DNA of 64,000 nucleotides from a plasmid: sequence record NZ_CP142098.1; one strand, 5' to 3'. Shown piece by piece: positions 8,628 to 18,880 of this stretch (position 1 is its first letter; each line of letters starts with the position of its first letter). The notes under the pieces were generated by a model. It saw only the letters and a program-made list of their open reading frames with translations, ran no database searches and was not told where the DNA came from. The position numbers and the translations under genes were made by a program.

Positions 8628-9018
8628 ATGGATGTTTTTGAGTTGAGATTATGGCGCGCCGGCCAATACTTTTCGCTGTCTGAGGCGCGTTCGCTGCGCC
8701 TGGGGAGCCATTGGCGGCAAGAGGATGCCGCCAATGCTCTGGGGGTGTCAGAACGGACTTATCGGACCTATGAAAATAGTGGCGTGTCCCGAACAGCTCG
8801 CCTGGGGATCCAGACACTGATGCTGGTCCGCTTGTTACCCGATTTGCGTCGAATGGAGCAACCGCAAATCGTTTTGCAACTGCAGGCGCTAACGCGCCAC
8901 GATCAGACTACACCTCAGTCCAGGGGCGTGGTATCACTTATTATGCCTTCAGCAGGTATGAAGGCATGGCGAGGGGCGCTGGGTTGGACGCAAAAGCAGA
9001 CCGCGGATTATCTTGGGG
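8628..9018 (+). pseudogene. N-terminal part of a tandem-HTH (XRE-like) regulator gene interrupted by the IS66-family element
   Basis: ORF reads ...WTQKQTADYLG then runs into the IS inverted repeat; the frame continues exactly across the TSD into 12922-13096. Confidence 0.7.
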
Positions 9019-9031
9019 GTAAGCGTCACAT

Positions 9032-9736
9032 TTGAACCGCCTGTCAGAGAGGCCCGCTTTCCCTGAAAATAATGTCCATCATCTGTTTAATGGACATTAT
9101 TTTATGAGTGAACGGGCATGGTTGTTTGAGGTCTTTCGTCTTCACTATCAGGAACAGCTGTCTCAGAACCGCATCGCCAAACAGCTGGGGCTACCCAGGT
9201 CAACAGTCAACAGCTGTTTCCAGCGCGCTATCAAGGCCGGTGTTCGTTGGCCCGTCAACGAACTGACGCTGGAACGCACCCTTTATCCCGGTAAAAAACG
9301 GTCACGCTCCTCAGCATCACCGCCGCTACAAACACCGATAACGGCCGTGCCATCAAAACCCAAAAGAAGGGGACGCAGACCCAACTTCCCGCTGGCGTTC
9401 AAGCTGGCGCTGGTTGAACAATCAATGCAGCCTGGCGTCAGTACCGCCAGGCTGGCGCGCGAGCATGGCATCAACGACAACCTGTTGTTCAACTGGCGCA
9501 ACCTTTACAAGCAGGGGCGCCTCGGCACGCCTCTTCCCGCTGAGCACTGCCTGTTGCCGGTGGAACTGGAAGATATGCCATCATCACCGCCTATAACTGA
9601 AGCAGATAAAACACCACCCTCCGATGCCGCGGAATGTGAACTGGTGCTGCCTGCCGGCACGTTACGGCTCCGGGGTGCACTCAGTCCTGCCTTGCTGAGC
9701 ATGTTGATCCACGAGTTGAAAGGAACGCGCCGATGA
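9032..9736 (+). CDS. tnpA: IS66-family accessory protein TnpA (Orf1, HTH) with an unusually long N-terminal extension
   Basis: C-terminal half ...FPLAFKLALVEQSMQPGVSTARLAREHGINDNLLFNWRNLYKQG is the IS66 Orf1/IS3-OrfA-type HTH; the true start is uncertain. Confidence 0.6.
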   Translation: MNRLSERPAFPENNVHHLFNGHYFMSERAWLFEVFRLHYQEQLSQNRIAKQLGLPRSTVNSCFQRAIKAGVRWPVNELTLERTLYPGKKRSRSSASPPLQTPITAVPSKPKRRGRRPNFPLAFKLALVEQSMQPGVSTARLAREHGINDNLLFNWRNLYKQGRLGTPLPAEHCLLPVELEDMPSSPPITEADKTPPSDAAECELVLPAGTLRLRGALSPALLSMLIHELKGTRR

Positions 9737-10080
9737 TGTCGCTGCCGGCGGGCAGTCGCATCTGGATCGTGGCCGGCATCACCGACATGCGTAACGGTTT
9801 TAACGGGCTGGCTTCACGGGTTCAAAATACTCTGCGTGACAATCCCTTCTCGGGCCAGGCCTTCATCTTCCGAGGGCGCCGCGGCGATATGATTAAAGTG
9901 CTGTGGGCCGACGCAGATGGCCTGTGCCTGTTCACCAAACGCCTGGAGCGCGGTCGCTTCGTCTGGCCGGCGGCGAGAAACGGCAAAATTCATCTGACAC
10001 CGGCCCAGCTGGCGATGCTGTTGGAAGGCATCAACTGGAAACACCCGCAACGGATGGAACGGCCTGGCCTGAGGATATAA
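9733..10080 (+). CDS. tnpB: IS66-family TnpB (Orf2)
   Basis: 115 aa; IWIVAGITDMRNGFNGLASRVQ...FIFRGRRGDMIKVLWADADGLCLFTKRLE is the conserved IS66 Orf2 signature; 4-nt overlap with tnpA. Confidence 0.85.
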   Translation: MMSLPAGSRIWIVAGITDMRNGFNGLASRVQNTLRDNPFSGQAFIFRGRRGDMIKVLWADADGLCLFTKRLERGRFVWPAARNGKIHLTPAQLAMLLEGINWKHPQRMERPGLRI

Positions 10081-10099
10081 CCTGTTGTAAGGTAGGGGT

Positions 10100-11665
10100 A
10101 TGGTTGCTTCCTACCCCGATGAAAACGCCCGACTCCGGGCGCAGCTGCTGGAGCAGCAAAACACGCTTCGACAAATGGCGGAGTACAATCGCCTGCTCTC
10201 GCAACGGGTGGCGGCGTATGCCAGCGAAATCAACCGGCTGAAAGTCCTGGTTGCCAAACTGCAACGCATGCAGTTCGGCAAGAGCTCCGAAAAGCTGCGG
10301 GAAAAAACGCAGCGCCAGCTACGCGAAGCGGAAGAACACATCAACGCCCTGCAGGAAGAGCTGGCTGAGACGCTGGGCGAACAGCATGATCCGGCGTTGC
10401 CGCAGCCGTTACGGCAGTCCTCTGCTCGCAAGCCCTTGCCAGCTAGCATACCGCGCGAAACACGCGTGCTCCCTCCGCAAGAAAGTACCTGCCCGGCGTG
10501 TGGCGGCGGCCTCAGCCTGCTCGGGTGCGATATCTCGGAACAACTGGAGCTCATCAGCAGCGCCTTCAAGGTCATCGAAACGCAGCGGCCAAAGCTGAGC
10601 TGTTGCCGGTGCGACACCATCGTGCAATCGCCGATGCCCTCAAAACCTCTCGAGCGCAGCTACGCCGGTCCCGGCTTACTGGCGCGCATCGTCACGGCGA
10701 AGTTCGCCGAACACACGCCGCACTACCGCCAGTCGGAAATCTACCGTCGACAGGGTGTGGAGCTGAGTCGGGCCACGCTCGGGCGCTGGTCTGGCGCGGT
10801 GAGTGAACTGCTGGAGCCGCTGTATGAGCTGTTGCGGGAGTATGTGCTGATGCCGGGCAAGGTGCATACCGACGACATCCCGGTGCCGGTCCAGGCGCCG
10901 GGGAGTGGCAAGACCCGCACCGGCCGTCTGTGGGTATACGTGCGTGATGATCGCAACGCGGGCTCGGTGATGCCGCCGGCGGTGTGGTTCGCGTACTCAC
11001 CGGACCGCAAGGGCATCCATCCGCAGCAGCACCTGGCCGGGTACAGCGGTATCCTGCAGGCCGATGCGTATGGGGGCTACAACGCACTGTATGAGAACGG
11101 GCGCATCACGGAAGCCGCCTGCATGGCGCATGCGCGGCGAAAAATCCACGATGTTCATGTCCGCACACCGACCGACATCACCACGGAAGCGCTGAGACGC
11201 ATCGGTGAGCTGTACGCCATCGAAGCCGAGATACGCGGCAGCCCTGCGGAGAAGCGGCTGTCGGTCAGAAAAGCGAAGACGGTGCCGCGGATGCAATCGC
11301 TGTACGACTGGATCCAGATACAGATGAAAACGCTGTCACGCCACGCGGAGATGGCGAAGGCGTTCGCTTATCTGCTGAAACAGTGGAATGCGTTGACTCT
11401 CTACTGCGAGAAAGGCTGGGCGGAAATCGACAACAATATCGCAGAGAACGCCCTGCGCGGTGTCGCGCTGGGGCGAAAAAACTGGTTGTTCGCCGGGTCA
11501 GATGCAGGCGGAGAACGTGCTGCGATACTGTACTCGCTGATCGGCACGTGCAAACTCAACGGCGTGGAGCCGGAAGCGTGGCTGCGCTACGTCATCGGAC
11601 ATATCCAGGACTGGCCGGTAAACCGAGTCCGCGATCTGCTGCCATGGAAGGTCGATATCATTTAA
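10100..11665 (+). CDS. tnpC: IS66-family transposase TnpC (521 aa)
   Basis: N-terminal coiled-coil/leucine-rich region, CPACGG zinc-finger motif, and size typical of IS66 Orf3. Confidence 0.85.
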   Translation: MVASYPDENARLRAQLLEQQNTLRQMAEYNRLLSQRVAAYASEINRLKVLVAKLQRMQFGKSSEKLREKTQRQLREAEEHINALQEELAETLGEQHDPALPQPLRQSSARKPLPASIPRETRVLPPQESTCPACGGGLSLLGCDISEQLELISSAFKVIETQRPKLSCCRCDTIVQSPMPSKPLERSYAGPGLLARIVTAKFAEHTPHYRQSEIYRRQGVELSRATLGRWSGAVSELLEPLYELLREYVLMPGKVHTDDIPVPVQAPGSGKTRTGRLWVYVRDDRNAGSVMPPAVWFAYSPDRKGIHPQQHLAGYSGILQADAYGGYNALYENGRITEAACMAHARRKIHDVHVRTPTDITTEALRRIGELYAIEAEIRGSPAEKRLSVRKAKTVPRMQSLYDWIQIQMKTLSRHAEMAKAFAYLLKQWNALTLYCEKGWAEIDNNIAENALRGVALGRKNWLFAGSDAGGERAAILYSLIGTCKLNGVEPEAWLRYVIGHIQDWPVNRVRDLLPWKVDII

Positions 11666-11880
11666 TATTGAGCGCCTGTACGACCTGTATGTAGCTCTTA
11701 TAAAAATAACATCACTAATTAAATTATAAAGTTGGTGTTATTGCATAAGTTTAGATATATCACGTCCTGTGAGCCCTCTCACAAACGTAACCTTTATACA
11801 AGGAGTACGACGCCGTCGTAATCTTACTTCGTCAATTACTGGCTCATTTAAACGGGCTCAACTTACGAAGAGAGGTTCCA

Positions 11881-12819
11881 ATGTCATATCCACAAACGAA
11901 ACTATCTGGTCTGACTGGTTTTGCTAAAGCGGCCAACGTTACAGGGGGGTGGTCAGGTTCAGTGGTGAGTATTACCACGCTAGATCAACTTAAAGAAAAT
12001 ATCGCTGACAACACACCGCGAGTCTTGGTGATCGACAGAAACATTTCCGCACCAACCCTCACAAAAGTTCCGTTAGGCGCCAACAAAACCCTGGTTGGCT
12101 CCTTTCAAAGTCGTACGCTGAATAACATTCATCTGCGTGCCACGGCGAGCTCGCAAAATATCATATTTCAGAACTTGGTATTTCAGCACTCACAAAGCAT
12201 CAAGGATAATGATGATATTCAATTATACCTGAACTACGGTAGTAAGTATTGGGTCGACCATTGTTCGTTTGTGGGGCATAGTTGGTCATCAAATGATGGA
12301 AGTCTGGATAAGCTTCTATATGTTGGTGATAAAGCGGATTATGCAACCATTAGTAACTGCTTGTTTTCAAACCACAAATACGGTCTAATCCTCGGCCATC
12401 CGGCGGACGACAATAACACCGCCTATAACGGCTTCCCTCACCTGACACTATGCCACAACCATTTCGAAAACATGGAGGTCCGTGCACCTGGCCTGATGCG
12501 TTACGGTTATTTTCACGTTTATAACAACTATATTAACCATTTCCACCTTGGTTTTACGCTGGCGCAAAACGCCAATATCCTTTCCGAGAACAACTATTTT
12601 GGTGCGGGTAGCGAGAACAACGGCATGTTGGATGACAAAGCCAACGGTACTTTTACTGATACAGGCAGCGTTCCCGCCATCACAAATCAGAAATCGCCAA
12701 AAGCGAATTGGACAGCGTCGTCCAATTACAGCTACACCCTTAAAACCGCCGTGCAGGCGAAAGCCTTTGCCACCACTAACGCCGGAGCACAGTCTGCTTC
12801 GCTGGTATTTGGAGGATAA
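11881..12819 (+). CDS. pectate lyase-like (PelC/PL1-type) protein without an evident signal peptide; passenger gene inside the IS
   Basis: YWVDHCSF (vWiDH motif) and RAPGLMRYGYFHVYNNY (RxPxxRxGxxHxxNN motif) of pectate lyase C-type right-handed beta-helix enzymes; low-GC segment; N-terminus MSYPQTKLSGLTG is not hydrophobic. Confidence 0.65.
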   Translation: MSYPQTKLSGLTGFAKAANVTGGWSGSVVSITTLDQLKENIADNTPRVLVIDRNISAPTLTKVPLGANKTLVGSFQSRTLNNIHLRATASSQNIIFQNLVFQHSQSIKDNDDIQLYLNYGSKYWVDHCSFVGHSWSSNDGSLDKLLYVGDKADYATISNCLFSNHKYGLILGHPADDNNTAYNGFPHLTLCHNHFENMEVRAPGLMRYGYFHVYNNYINHFHLGFTLAQNANILSENNYFGAGSENNGMLDDKANGTFTDTGSVPAITNQKSPKANWTASSNYSYTLKTAVQAKAFATTNAGAQSASLVFGG

Positions 12820-12921
12820 TCAGGTAGTGACGTAAATTTATAAAAAAGGTTCCGGAGGGGGATTTGTCTCCTCTCCGGAGCATTATAGTAAGCATCAATA
12901 CGGTCTGCATGTGACGCTTAC

Positions 12922-13096
12922 TCTTGGGGTTTCGCTTCGGACCGTCAAGAACTATGAGCAAGGGGTTTTGCCGCGTCGACTGATGTTGGCCGCACAGGCT
13001 GTTACGCTGATAACGTTGTTGCCGGTCTGGGCAACCTATCCGTCAGCCAGGTTACTGCAGGTTCTGGAGCAACTGGTTAATATTGAAGTGAAATAA
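12922..13096 (+). pseudogene. C-terminal part of the IS-interrupted tandem-HTH regulator
   Basis: Removing the IS and one TSD copy restores ...ADYLGVSLRTVKNYEQGVLP..., a second canonical HTH_XRE motif. Confidence 0.7.
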
Positions 13097-13215
13097 CACA
13101 CTGTTTATGGTGGCCAATTCTGGCCACTCAAAGGATCCCCGGCCTTGCCGGGGCCCCATCTCTGACTTCAACTTCTGCGATTTGCATTTTTTCCGCCCTG
13201 CGGGCGGGGATCTAA

Positions 13216-13449
13216 ATGGTATGTCGTCGCCTGGGCTTACGCCGTAGCCCGAACGTAGCCGTGCCGCTGCGCCTGCAAGGGTACGCGTTGCCCATATCCT
13301 CACCCGTTCGCACTCACTCTCTCCCTGCTGTCGTTCGCTCGCTTGCGCATGCGGCTTGCGGTATGGCCCCTGCATTCTCCGCTTTCCGCACGTCTGTGTT
13401 TTGGCTACGGCGCAAGCCGATATCCGACAACCTGACTGGAGAAGAATTA
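13216..13449 (+). repeat. GC-rich structured leading-region repeat, copy 3 (short form), ending at the SD/start of the 13450 ORF
   Basis: Core CCTCACCCGTTCGCACTCACT...CGCTTGCGCATGCGGCTTGCGG enclosed by a TGCAAGGG/CCCCTGCA stem, with a compensatory base change relative to copy 2. Confidence 0.75.
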
Positions 13450-13853
13450 TGCCGAATTGGTGTGCAAACCGCCTTATCGTGACTGGGACGCCTGATCAAC
13501 TTACCGCTTTGGCCGAATTTTCACATTGCGAAGGAAGTGACAGTTTTTTCAGCGATGTTGATGTTGCATTAGTGGAGTTCGACGGTGAAATACAGCTGGA
13601 TTTTCATACCCGGTGGGCTCCCCCTGAAGGTTCCGAGATCCGCAGTCTGAGTAAGCGTTTCTCCTGCCATATTTGCCACACGTTTTGCGAGGAGGGGGAG
13701 GGTTTTTGCGGGTATCACGTCTATTCAAGTGGCGAATATATAGATAGTGCCAGTGACGATATTGAATGGTCAGACGATCTGGACGAATACGGATATGCCG
13801 AGGTTGTAGGCCCGGAGTATGTCTTGGGGAATGTACCAGATTACGGTGGTTAA
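13450..13853 (+). CDS. conserved hypothetical protein (134 aa), N-terminus MPNWCANRL
   Basis: ATG at 13450 with SD GGAGA. The MPNWC-type N-terminus resembles a small-protein family seen in enterobacterial islands; this is recalled from memory and unverified. Confidence 0.45.
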
Positions 13854-13907
13854 CGATTTTCTCGCGCTCCTGACAGGGCGCTTAACTGAATAATACGGAA
13901 TATTAGG

Positions 13908-14144
13908 ATGCTTGCAAAAATGACTATCGCAGGGCTTATTGCCCGGCTAAACCGTTATCCCAATGACGCGCTGTGCGTGGCCAGTTTTTGGCTGGATGAT
14001 GATTTTCTCGCGTTGGATGCAACGTTGACGGCTGACGATATTGAGCTGGCGATGGAGGTTGTCCATGACAATCATGATGCCAATATTGGCATCAACTGGG
14101 ACGTGCTGCAGAACGCGATTGATATTGTAAAAGTTCAAGAGTGA
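13908..14144 (+). CDS. hypothetical protein (78 aa)
   Basis: ORF with SD AGGA; no recognised motif. Confidence 0.35.
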   Translation: MLAKMTIAGLIARLNRYPNDALCVASFWLDDDFLALDATLTADDIELAMEVVHDNHDANIGINWDVLQNAIDIVKVQE

Positions 14145-14267
14145 TAGCTTGCAGCCGGTCTATGACCGGCGCCGCATCCACTGGCCGCCATGGGCGGCCG
14201 TTAAGGAAAACCGTTACAACGGCTTCATGGCGCACTTTTCCTGGCATCTTGTGCCGCGGCGTTCACT

Positions 14268-14493
14268 TATGCTGTGACGGACGCTGCCCCGTTCCGGTAC
14301 GACAACAAGGGAAAGCTGGCGCCCGCTGTCCTCACCCGTTCGCACTCCCTGCGGTCGTTTGCGCTGCGGCTTCCGACATCGCCCTTGCTGTCGTCCCCAA
14401 TGGAACGTGGCGGTCTGGTGTCACAGCAACGTGCTCCCCGCTCTGTGCAAGAGCGAGAAAAAGTGCACCATAAGTGAAGCCGGAGAATGAAGT
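14268..14493 (+). repeat. GC-rich structured leading-region repeat, copy 4 (short form), ending at the start of klcA
   Basis: Core CCTCACCCGTTCGCACTCCCTGCGGTCGTTTGCGCTGCGGC flanked by a CAACAAGGG/CCCTTGCTG stem. Confidence 0.75.
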
Positions 14494-14997
14494 ATGAATA
14501 CTGCAGTAAACGCCACCCAGCCAGCAACAGAAGTGAGCAGAATTGAAATTACCGATCCGCGTCGCCGTTTAGCTTTTGTACCTCAATTATTCGCCACGCC
14601 GGTAGGTGAACGCTTGGCCATCAACTTTTTAAGCAGACACAGCAATTACGATGGGGGAATGTGGAATTTTTATGAGGTTCCAGTAGGGCTCACCGGCCGA
14701 GTCGGGCCATGGGCTGACATGATTATTAACCACCCAACCGGTTACATCGCGCCAGCGGATGGGGTTTATCGTTTAACTATTCCGGGTAATTACTTCGATG
14801 CTGATGTTTCGGCGGATGCTGCAGGGATCATCGCAACGCTTTTTGTTTTGAATCACCTTTCCTGGAAAGCTTCAGAACTGGGGAAAGATTATGCGCTGAC
14901 CTGTCAACGATTAATCGAGCGCCAAGATGCGCTTAAAGATTACATCAGTATCATTCAACACCCTGAAAAGTCGCTGATATTCCAAGCCATCGATTAA
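14494..14997 (+). CDS. klcA: antirestriction protein of the KlcA/ArdB/YfjX family
   Basis: Collinear matches to E. coli YfjX: DPRRRLAFVPQLFA (DDRRLNFWPQHFG), GGMWNFYEV (GGIWSFYTL), SADAAGIIATLFVLNHLSW (SAEAAGIAACLIAYSHYAF), LKDYISIIQHPE (LRDYASGHPE). Confidence 0.85.
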   Translation: MNTAVNATQPATEVSRIEITDPRRRLAFVPQLFATPVGERLAINFLSRHSNYDGGMWNFYEVPVGLTGRVGPWADMIINHPTGYIAPADGVYRLTIPGNYFDADVSADAAGIIATLFVLNHLSWKASELGKDYALTCQRLIERQDALKDYISIIQHPEKSLIFQAID

Positions 14998-15070
14998 TAA
15001 TTTATCCGGGCGAGTAGCCCGGATATCTCCTCCACGTGTGATGTATCGACGTTGCGCGCGTTTGGTTTTT

Positions 15071-15464
15071 AGCGACGTTGAGTCGCTAAAAACCAACGAT
15101 CGGTCGCTTGCAGCCGGCTTCGCCGGCGCCGCTTTCACTGCCCGCCCGCTAATGCGGCCGTTCGCTAAGGCAGCCAGGCTAAAGGCCTGGCACTTTCTGG
15201 TGTATCCCCTCATGCCCGGCATCCGCGCAGAGAGACTGTCCCCGTGACAGACGCTGAGCCGGGGCGCCGCCGGCACAAGGGTACGCGTTGCCGGCGTCCT
15301 CACCCGTTCGCACTCCCTTCCTCCCTGCGGTCGTCCGTTCGTTTGCGCTGCGGCCTGCGGCGCCGCCCTTGTACCGTCAGCTGGTACCCCGTCTCGGTCT
15401 TGTTGTCACGGCGCCAGGCTCCCCGCGCCGGTGAAAGCCAAAAGGGGAATACACCAGAAAGAAG
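15071..15464 (+). repeat. GC-rich structured leading-region repeat, copy 5 (long form)
   Basis: Nearly identical to copy 2; ends about 50 nt before the ParB-like start. Confidence 0.8.
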
Positions 15465-15515
15465 CCGGATTGGCCTACCGCTGGATGAAATTCATTACTG
15501 ATGGAGGAGTTAACC

Positions 15516-17564
15516 ATGCCAAAGACCATAACTAAACCAAAAGCTAACAAAGCAGAGCCGAAGAAAAACGCGGCGGCGAAGTTTGTCGAAGCCGCGCTGG
15601 CCAAGGCCGAGCGTAAAAATCTCATGCTCAAAGAGCTGACTTTTTCGGATCAGAACGCGCGTATTACCCCTCGCTCTGAGGAAGATATTGAGGAGATGGC
15701 AACCAGCATCGAGGCCACGGGTCTGTTGCAGAATCTCGTCGTTCACCGCATGGCGGATGGCCGATACGGTGTGGACGCCGGTGAGACCCGCCGTCTTGGG
15801 ATGGATTTGTTGATGGTGCAAGGGCGTTCAGCTGCTGGCGTCCCGGTAACGCCGGAGTTTATCGTTCCTGTTTTAGTCGTCGATCAACAGGACGCCTATG
15901 CGATTTCTGTCGCGGAGAACGTGCGCCGCACCAACCTGCAACCTGCCGATCAGCTCGAAAATATCCGTTTGTTGGCGATGAAAGGAACGCCCCCTGAGCA
16001 AATCGGCGCCATCCTCGGCTTCAGTACCCTGCATGTTAAAAAATGCCTTAAGTTGACAACCGTAGCCCCTGCGCTGCTGGAGCTGCTGAAAAAGAATCAA
16101 ATCAATTTTGACCAGCTGGCGGCGTTGGGCGCGACGGATGATCACCAGCGCCAGCTTCAGGCATGGGAAAAGAGCAGCTATTACGCGAACCTCCGCAAAC
16201 CGAAGGCGTTACGCGAAGCTGTGTTGAACGATGAAGTGTCGGCGGCAGACAGCCATATCGTTGAATTTGTCGGACTGGAAGCCTATCAGGCTGCAGGGGG
16301 GGAAACTCGAGAAGATCTGTTTGCTGAAAGCGTCATCCTGACAAATCCGCTGATGCTGGAGACGTTGGCTATGGCCAAGCTGCAGGCTGCGGCAGATGAA
16401 GTGGCGAAAAATGAAGGGTGGGCATGGGCGGTTGGCCGCAGTCGAGAGGTGCGGAGTTATAACGGAGACGAAAAGACCTTCGAGATCCTTTTTGTTCAGG
16501 CGAAATTGAGCGACGAATTGCAGACAGAGATGGATCAGCTGCTCACCGAGCAAGAACTGCTGGATGACATGTTTGATACTGCTGGACTCGATGCAGACGA
16601 AGAATGGGAACATGCGCCGCGCGTTGAGCAAATTGAGGCGCGCATCAACGAGATCAACGACGCCGCCGAGATCAATAAGTGGTCGCCGGAAGTTCGTGCG
16701 ACGGCGGGCGTAGTCGCTTACCTGAAAGATGGCCAGATCCAAATCCAACGCGGCTTGATGAAAGTGGAAGACATCAAGCAACAAGAAAAAGCCAACCGCG
16801 AAGAAATCAAGAAGAACACCCCACCGTCAGAAAAAGGGCTTTCCCAAGTATTGGTGGCAAGTTTGTCCGCCGAACGTACTTTGGCAGTATCTGCGGCGCT
16901 GGCGCAGAACACCAACGTCGCGATTGCACTCCATACGTTCACGCTGGCACGGCGGGTGTTCGACGCGGGATATTTCTATGTGTTGCACACCTCTGTAGAA
17001 AGCATGCGCAGCGGCTGCTTATCCCAGTCAGAAGAGGCTGGCAGCGTGAATGGTATCGCTAACCTGAAACTTAACGAGATGCATGAGAGCTGGTTGAACC
17101 AATTTCCTGAAAATTGGAGCGAAAGCTTTGAGTGGCTGCTGGCGTGGCCACAGGGTGATGTTCTCCGGTTGTTGGCATACTGCGTTTCCCACGGCCTCGA
17201 TGGCCGAGACAGTTATCTCAAGGATAAGCGGGTTGGCACCAAGCTGGATTCGGTAGAAAAAGCCCTCGATTTCCAGATCGGGGAATGGTGGAAGCCGACG
17301 AGTGACAACTATTTTTCGCGGATTGGCAAAGACCAGATCGTTGATGCTCTCAATAGCGCCGGTGAAACCGGGAAGGCCAAAGATGCCGAGGGCATGAAAC
17401 GTAAAGATGCCGCTGAGTTCGCCGCGGCGGTGCTGAGCGAAACCGGTTGGTTGCCGAGCTGCATGGCACCGCAGCCGCAGGCCGATACGGAAAACCGGGC
17501 TAATGCTACGGCCAGTTCTACAAACGCCAATGATACTGACGCTGACGACAGCGCTGCCGCCTAA
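15516..17564 (+). CDS. large ParB/Srx-like nuclease-domain protein (about 682 aa)
   Basis: N-terminal ParB-N fold region (ITPRSEEDIEEMATSIEATGLLQNLVVH...GETRRLGMDLL); likely start is the ATG at 15516 after GGAGGAG. Large ParB-like proteins are typical of plasmid/ICE leading regions. Confidence 0.75.
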   Translation: MPKTITKPKANKAEPKKNAAAKFVEAALAKAERKNLMLKELTFSDQNARITPRSEEDIEEMATSIEATGLLQNLVVHRMADGRYGVDAGETRRLGMDLLMVQGRSAAGVPVTPEFIVPVLVVDQQDAYAISVAENVRRTNLQPADQLENIRLLAMKGTPPEQIGAILGFSTLHVKKCLKLTTVAPALLELLKKNQINFDQLAALGATDDHQRQLQAWEKSSYYANLRKPKALREAVLNDEVSAADSHIVEFVGLEAYQAAGGETREDLFAESVILTNPLMLETLAMAKLQAAADEVAKNEGWAWAVGRSREVRSYNGDEKTFEILFVQAKLSDELQTEMDQLLTEQELLDDMFDTAGLDADEEWEHAPRVEQIEARINEINDAAEINKWSPEVRATAGVVAYLKDGQIQIQRGLMKVEDIKQQEKANREEIKKNTPPSEKGLSQVLVASLSAERTLAVSAALAQNTNVAIALHTFTLARRVFDAGYFYVLHTSVESMRSGCLSQSEEAGSVNGIANLKLNEMHESWLNQFPENWSESFEWLLAWPQGDVLRLLAYCVSHGLDGRDSYLKDKRVGTKLDSVEKALDFQIGEWWKPTSDNYFSRIGKDQIVDALNSAGETGKAKDAEGMKRKDAAEFAAAVLSETGWLPSCMAPQPQADTENRANATASSTNANDTDADDSAAA

Positions 17565-17606
17565 CTGACAAAGGAGCTGCCGCCCTCGGGCGGCAGAACA
17601 AACATT

Positions 17607-18071
17607 ATGAAAAACCAAAAATTAAGCCTTGCGCAGTTAGCCGTAATGAGTGCCTTTGAGCTGGAGCAGTATCGTGACCGGGGCAGGGAGGCGCGTCGTC
17701 AGTTGAACAACGTTGTTCTCGGCCAACTGGCGCTGCCGGATGGGTGGAACGCCATTGCGGAAGAGGCCAGCGAGTTTTGCGGGCAGGTGCCTGTTGTTTG
17801 TCGTATCAGTCCAACAGGGGATGACAATCTGGCCATTTACCTGTGCAGTGCTGGGAGTGAAGTGCCGGAATGGTCAGCCTTTCTACCATTCCAGGAATCA
17901 ACAAATCAGGCTGACCAGGGAAATCGTGTCGCCTGGTTACATACTGCGGAGAATTTTGACCCGGAGACGGTCAACAAGGTGTTGGAGACTGTCGGTGATT
18001 ACTACCGGCACGGGTTTAACCAGTCAGCGCAGCTGGCCGCCGCTCTACGGATGGGAGGGCTGTGCGTATGA
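17607..18071 (+). CDS. hypothetical protein (154 aa)
   Basis: ORF downstream of the ParB-like gene, same strand. Confidence 0.45.
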   Translation: MKNQKLSLAQLAVMSAFELEQYRDRGREARRQLNNVVLGQLALPDGWNAIAEEASEFCGQVPVVCRISPTGDDNLAIYLCSAGSEVPEWSAFLPFQESTNQADQGNRVAWLHTAENFDPETVNKVLETVGDYYRHGFNQSAQLAAALRMGGLCV

Positions 18072-18832
18072 TCCCGAACAGCCGCGCACTGGTGCCGATA
18101 AACGAATATCAGCATGCCGCCGTCCACGCCGTGGCATTGGTCGAGCGCAAGAAGGAGCAGGGCAAGCGGCTCGCTGAATTCCCGTATGCCAAAGCCTTTT
18201 TTAAAGTGTTGAACAATGGGCGGGTGCAGGTTTTAGCAAACGACATTCGCCTGATTTCATCCAATTATTTTCCTAATGAACGGGGCGGTGCAAACATCGC
18301 GCATTATGTAGCGGCATTGGACAGACTGATCGAAAGCGGTGGACAGTACAGCCCGCTGCCGCTTGCTGGGGATGTCGCTGGCAAGCTGTTCCCGGCTTAC
18401 GATGTCCTTTGCCGTGAGCGCCGCGAACGGCAGTGGGATATGCAGTATGAACGACAGGAACGGCGGCGTTCTCGTGAAGAACGGCAAAAGCGCCGACGCT
18501 ACCAAAACCAGTTAGCGCAGGCAGAAGTCGAGCTGGCGTTTTCAACGCCGAGCACCCTTGGGACATGGTATGCACGTTGGAGCAAGCAGGACATATTTGA
18601 AGACGATCTGGTTGAAAGCGTTCTGACATGGGTAGAAAGATTCCCCAGTATGGCAGGCAGGGGGTTGCAGCATTACAAGAGCGACGCATTGTGGAGCGTG
18701 ATGGATCGATTGACGCGAGCAGATGCTGATATTTCTGAGACAGAACGACTATTTAATGCACTGCTCATTCCAAATAAGTTAAGGCTTGCTGCAGGGGAAT
18801 CTGCAATAGATACTGAGTTAAATTTGTCCTAA
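18062..18832 (+). CDS. hypothetical protein (256 aa) with an Arg/Glu-rich central segment
   Basis: ORF overlaps the previous gene by 10 nt (operon); no recognised motif. Confidence 0.45.
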   Translation: MRMIPNSRALVPINEYQHAAVHAVALVERKKEQGKRLAEFPYAKAFFKVLNNGRVQVLANDIRLISSNYFPNERGGANIAHYVAALDRLIESGGQYSPLPLAGDVAGKLFPAYDVLCRERRERQWDMQYERQERRRSREERQKRRRYQNQLAQAEVELAFSTPSTLGTWYARWSKQDIFEDDLVESVLTWVERFPSMAGRGLQHYKSDALWSVMDRLTRADADISETERLFNALLIPNKLRLAAGESAIDTELNLS

Positions 18833-18848
18833 GAAACAATAAACTGAG

Positions 18849-18872
18849 AAGGCGCCAAGTGGCGCCTTTTTG
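18849..18872 (+). terminator. rho-independent terminator (AAGGCGCC-AAGT-GGCGCCTT + TTTTG)
   Basis: Perfect 8-bp stem plus a T-run, 17 nt after the stop. Confidence 0.75.
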
Positions 18873-18880
18873 TTATTGGT

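Larger units (their letters stand above)
9019..12921 (+). mobile_element. IS66-family insertion sequence (3903 bp) carrying a passenger gene
   Basis: Terminal inverted repeats GTAAGCGTCACAT (9019-9031) and ATGTGACGCTTAC (12909-12921); 8-bp direct target duplication TCTTGGGG at 9011-9018 and 12922-12929; internal tnpA-tnpB-tnpC. Confidence 0.85.

Noticed and set aside
17577-17597. CTGCCGCC-CTC-GGGCGGCAG hairpin after the ParB-like gene as a terminator.
   Set aside because: No T-run follows and the next gene starts 10 nt later on the same strand. More likely an intergenic stabilising hairpin or attenuator; not called.
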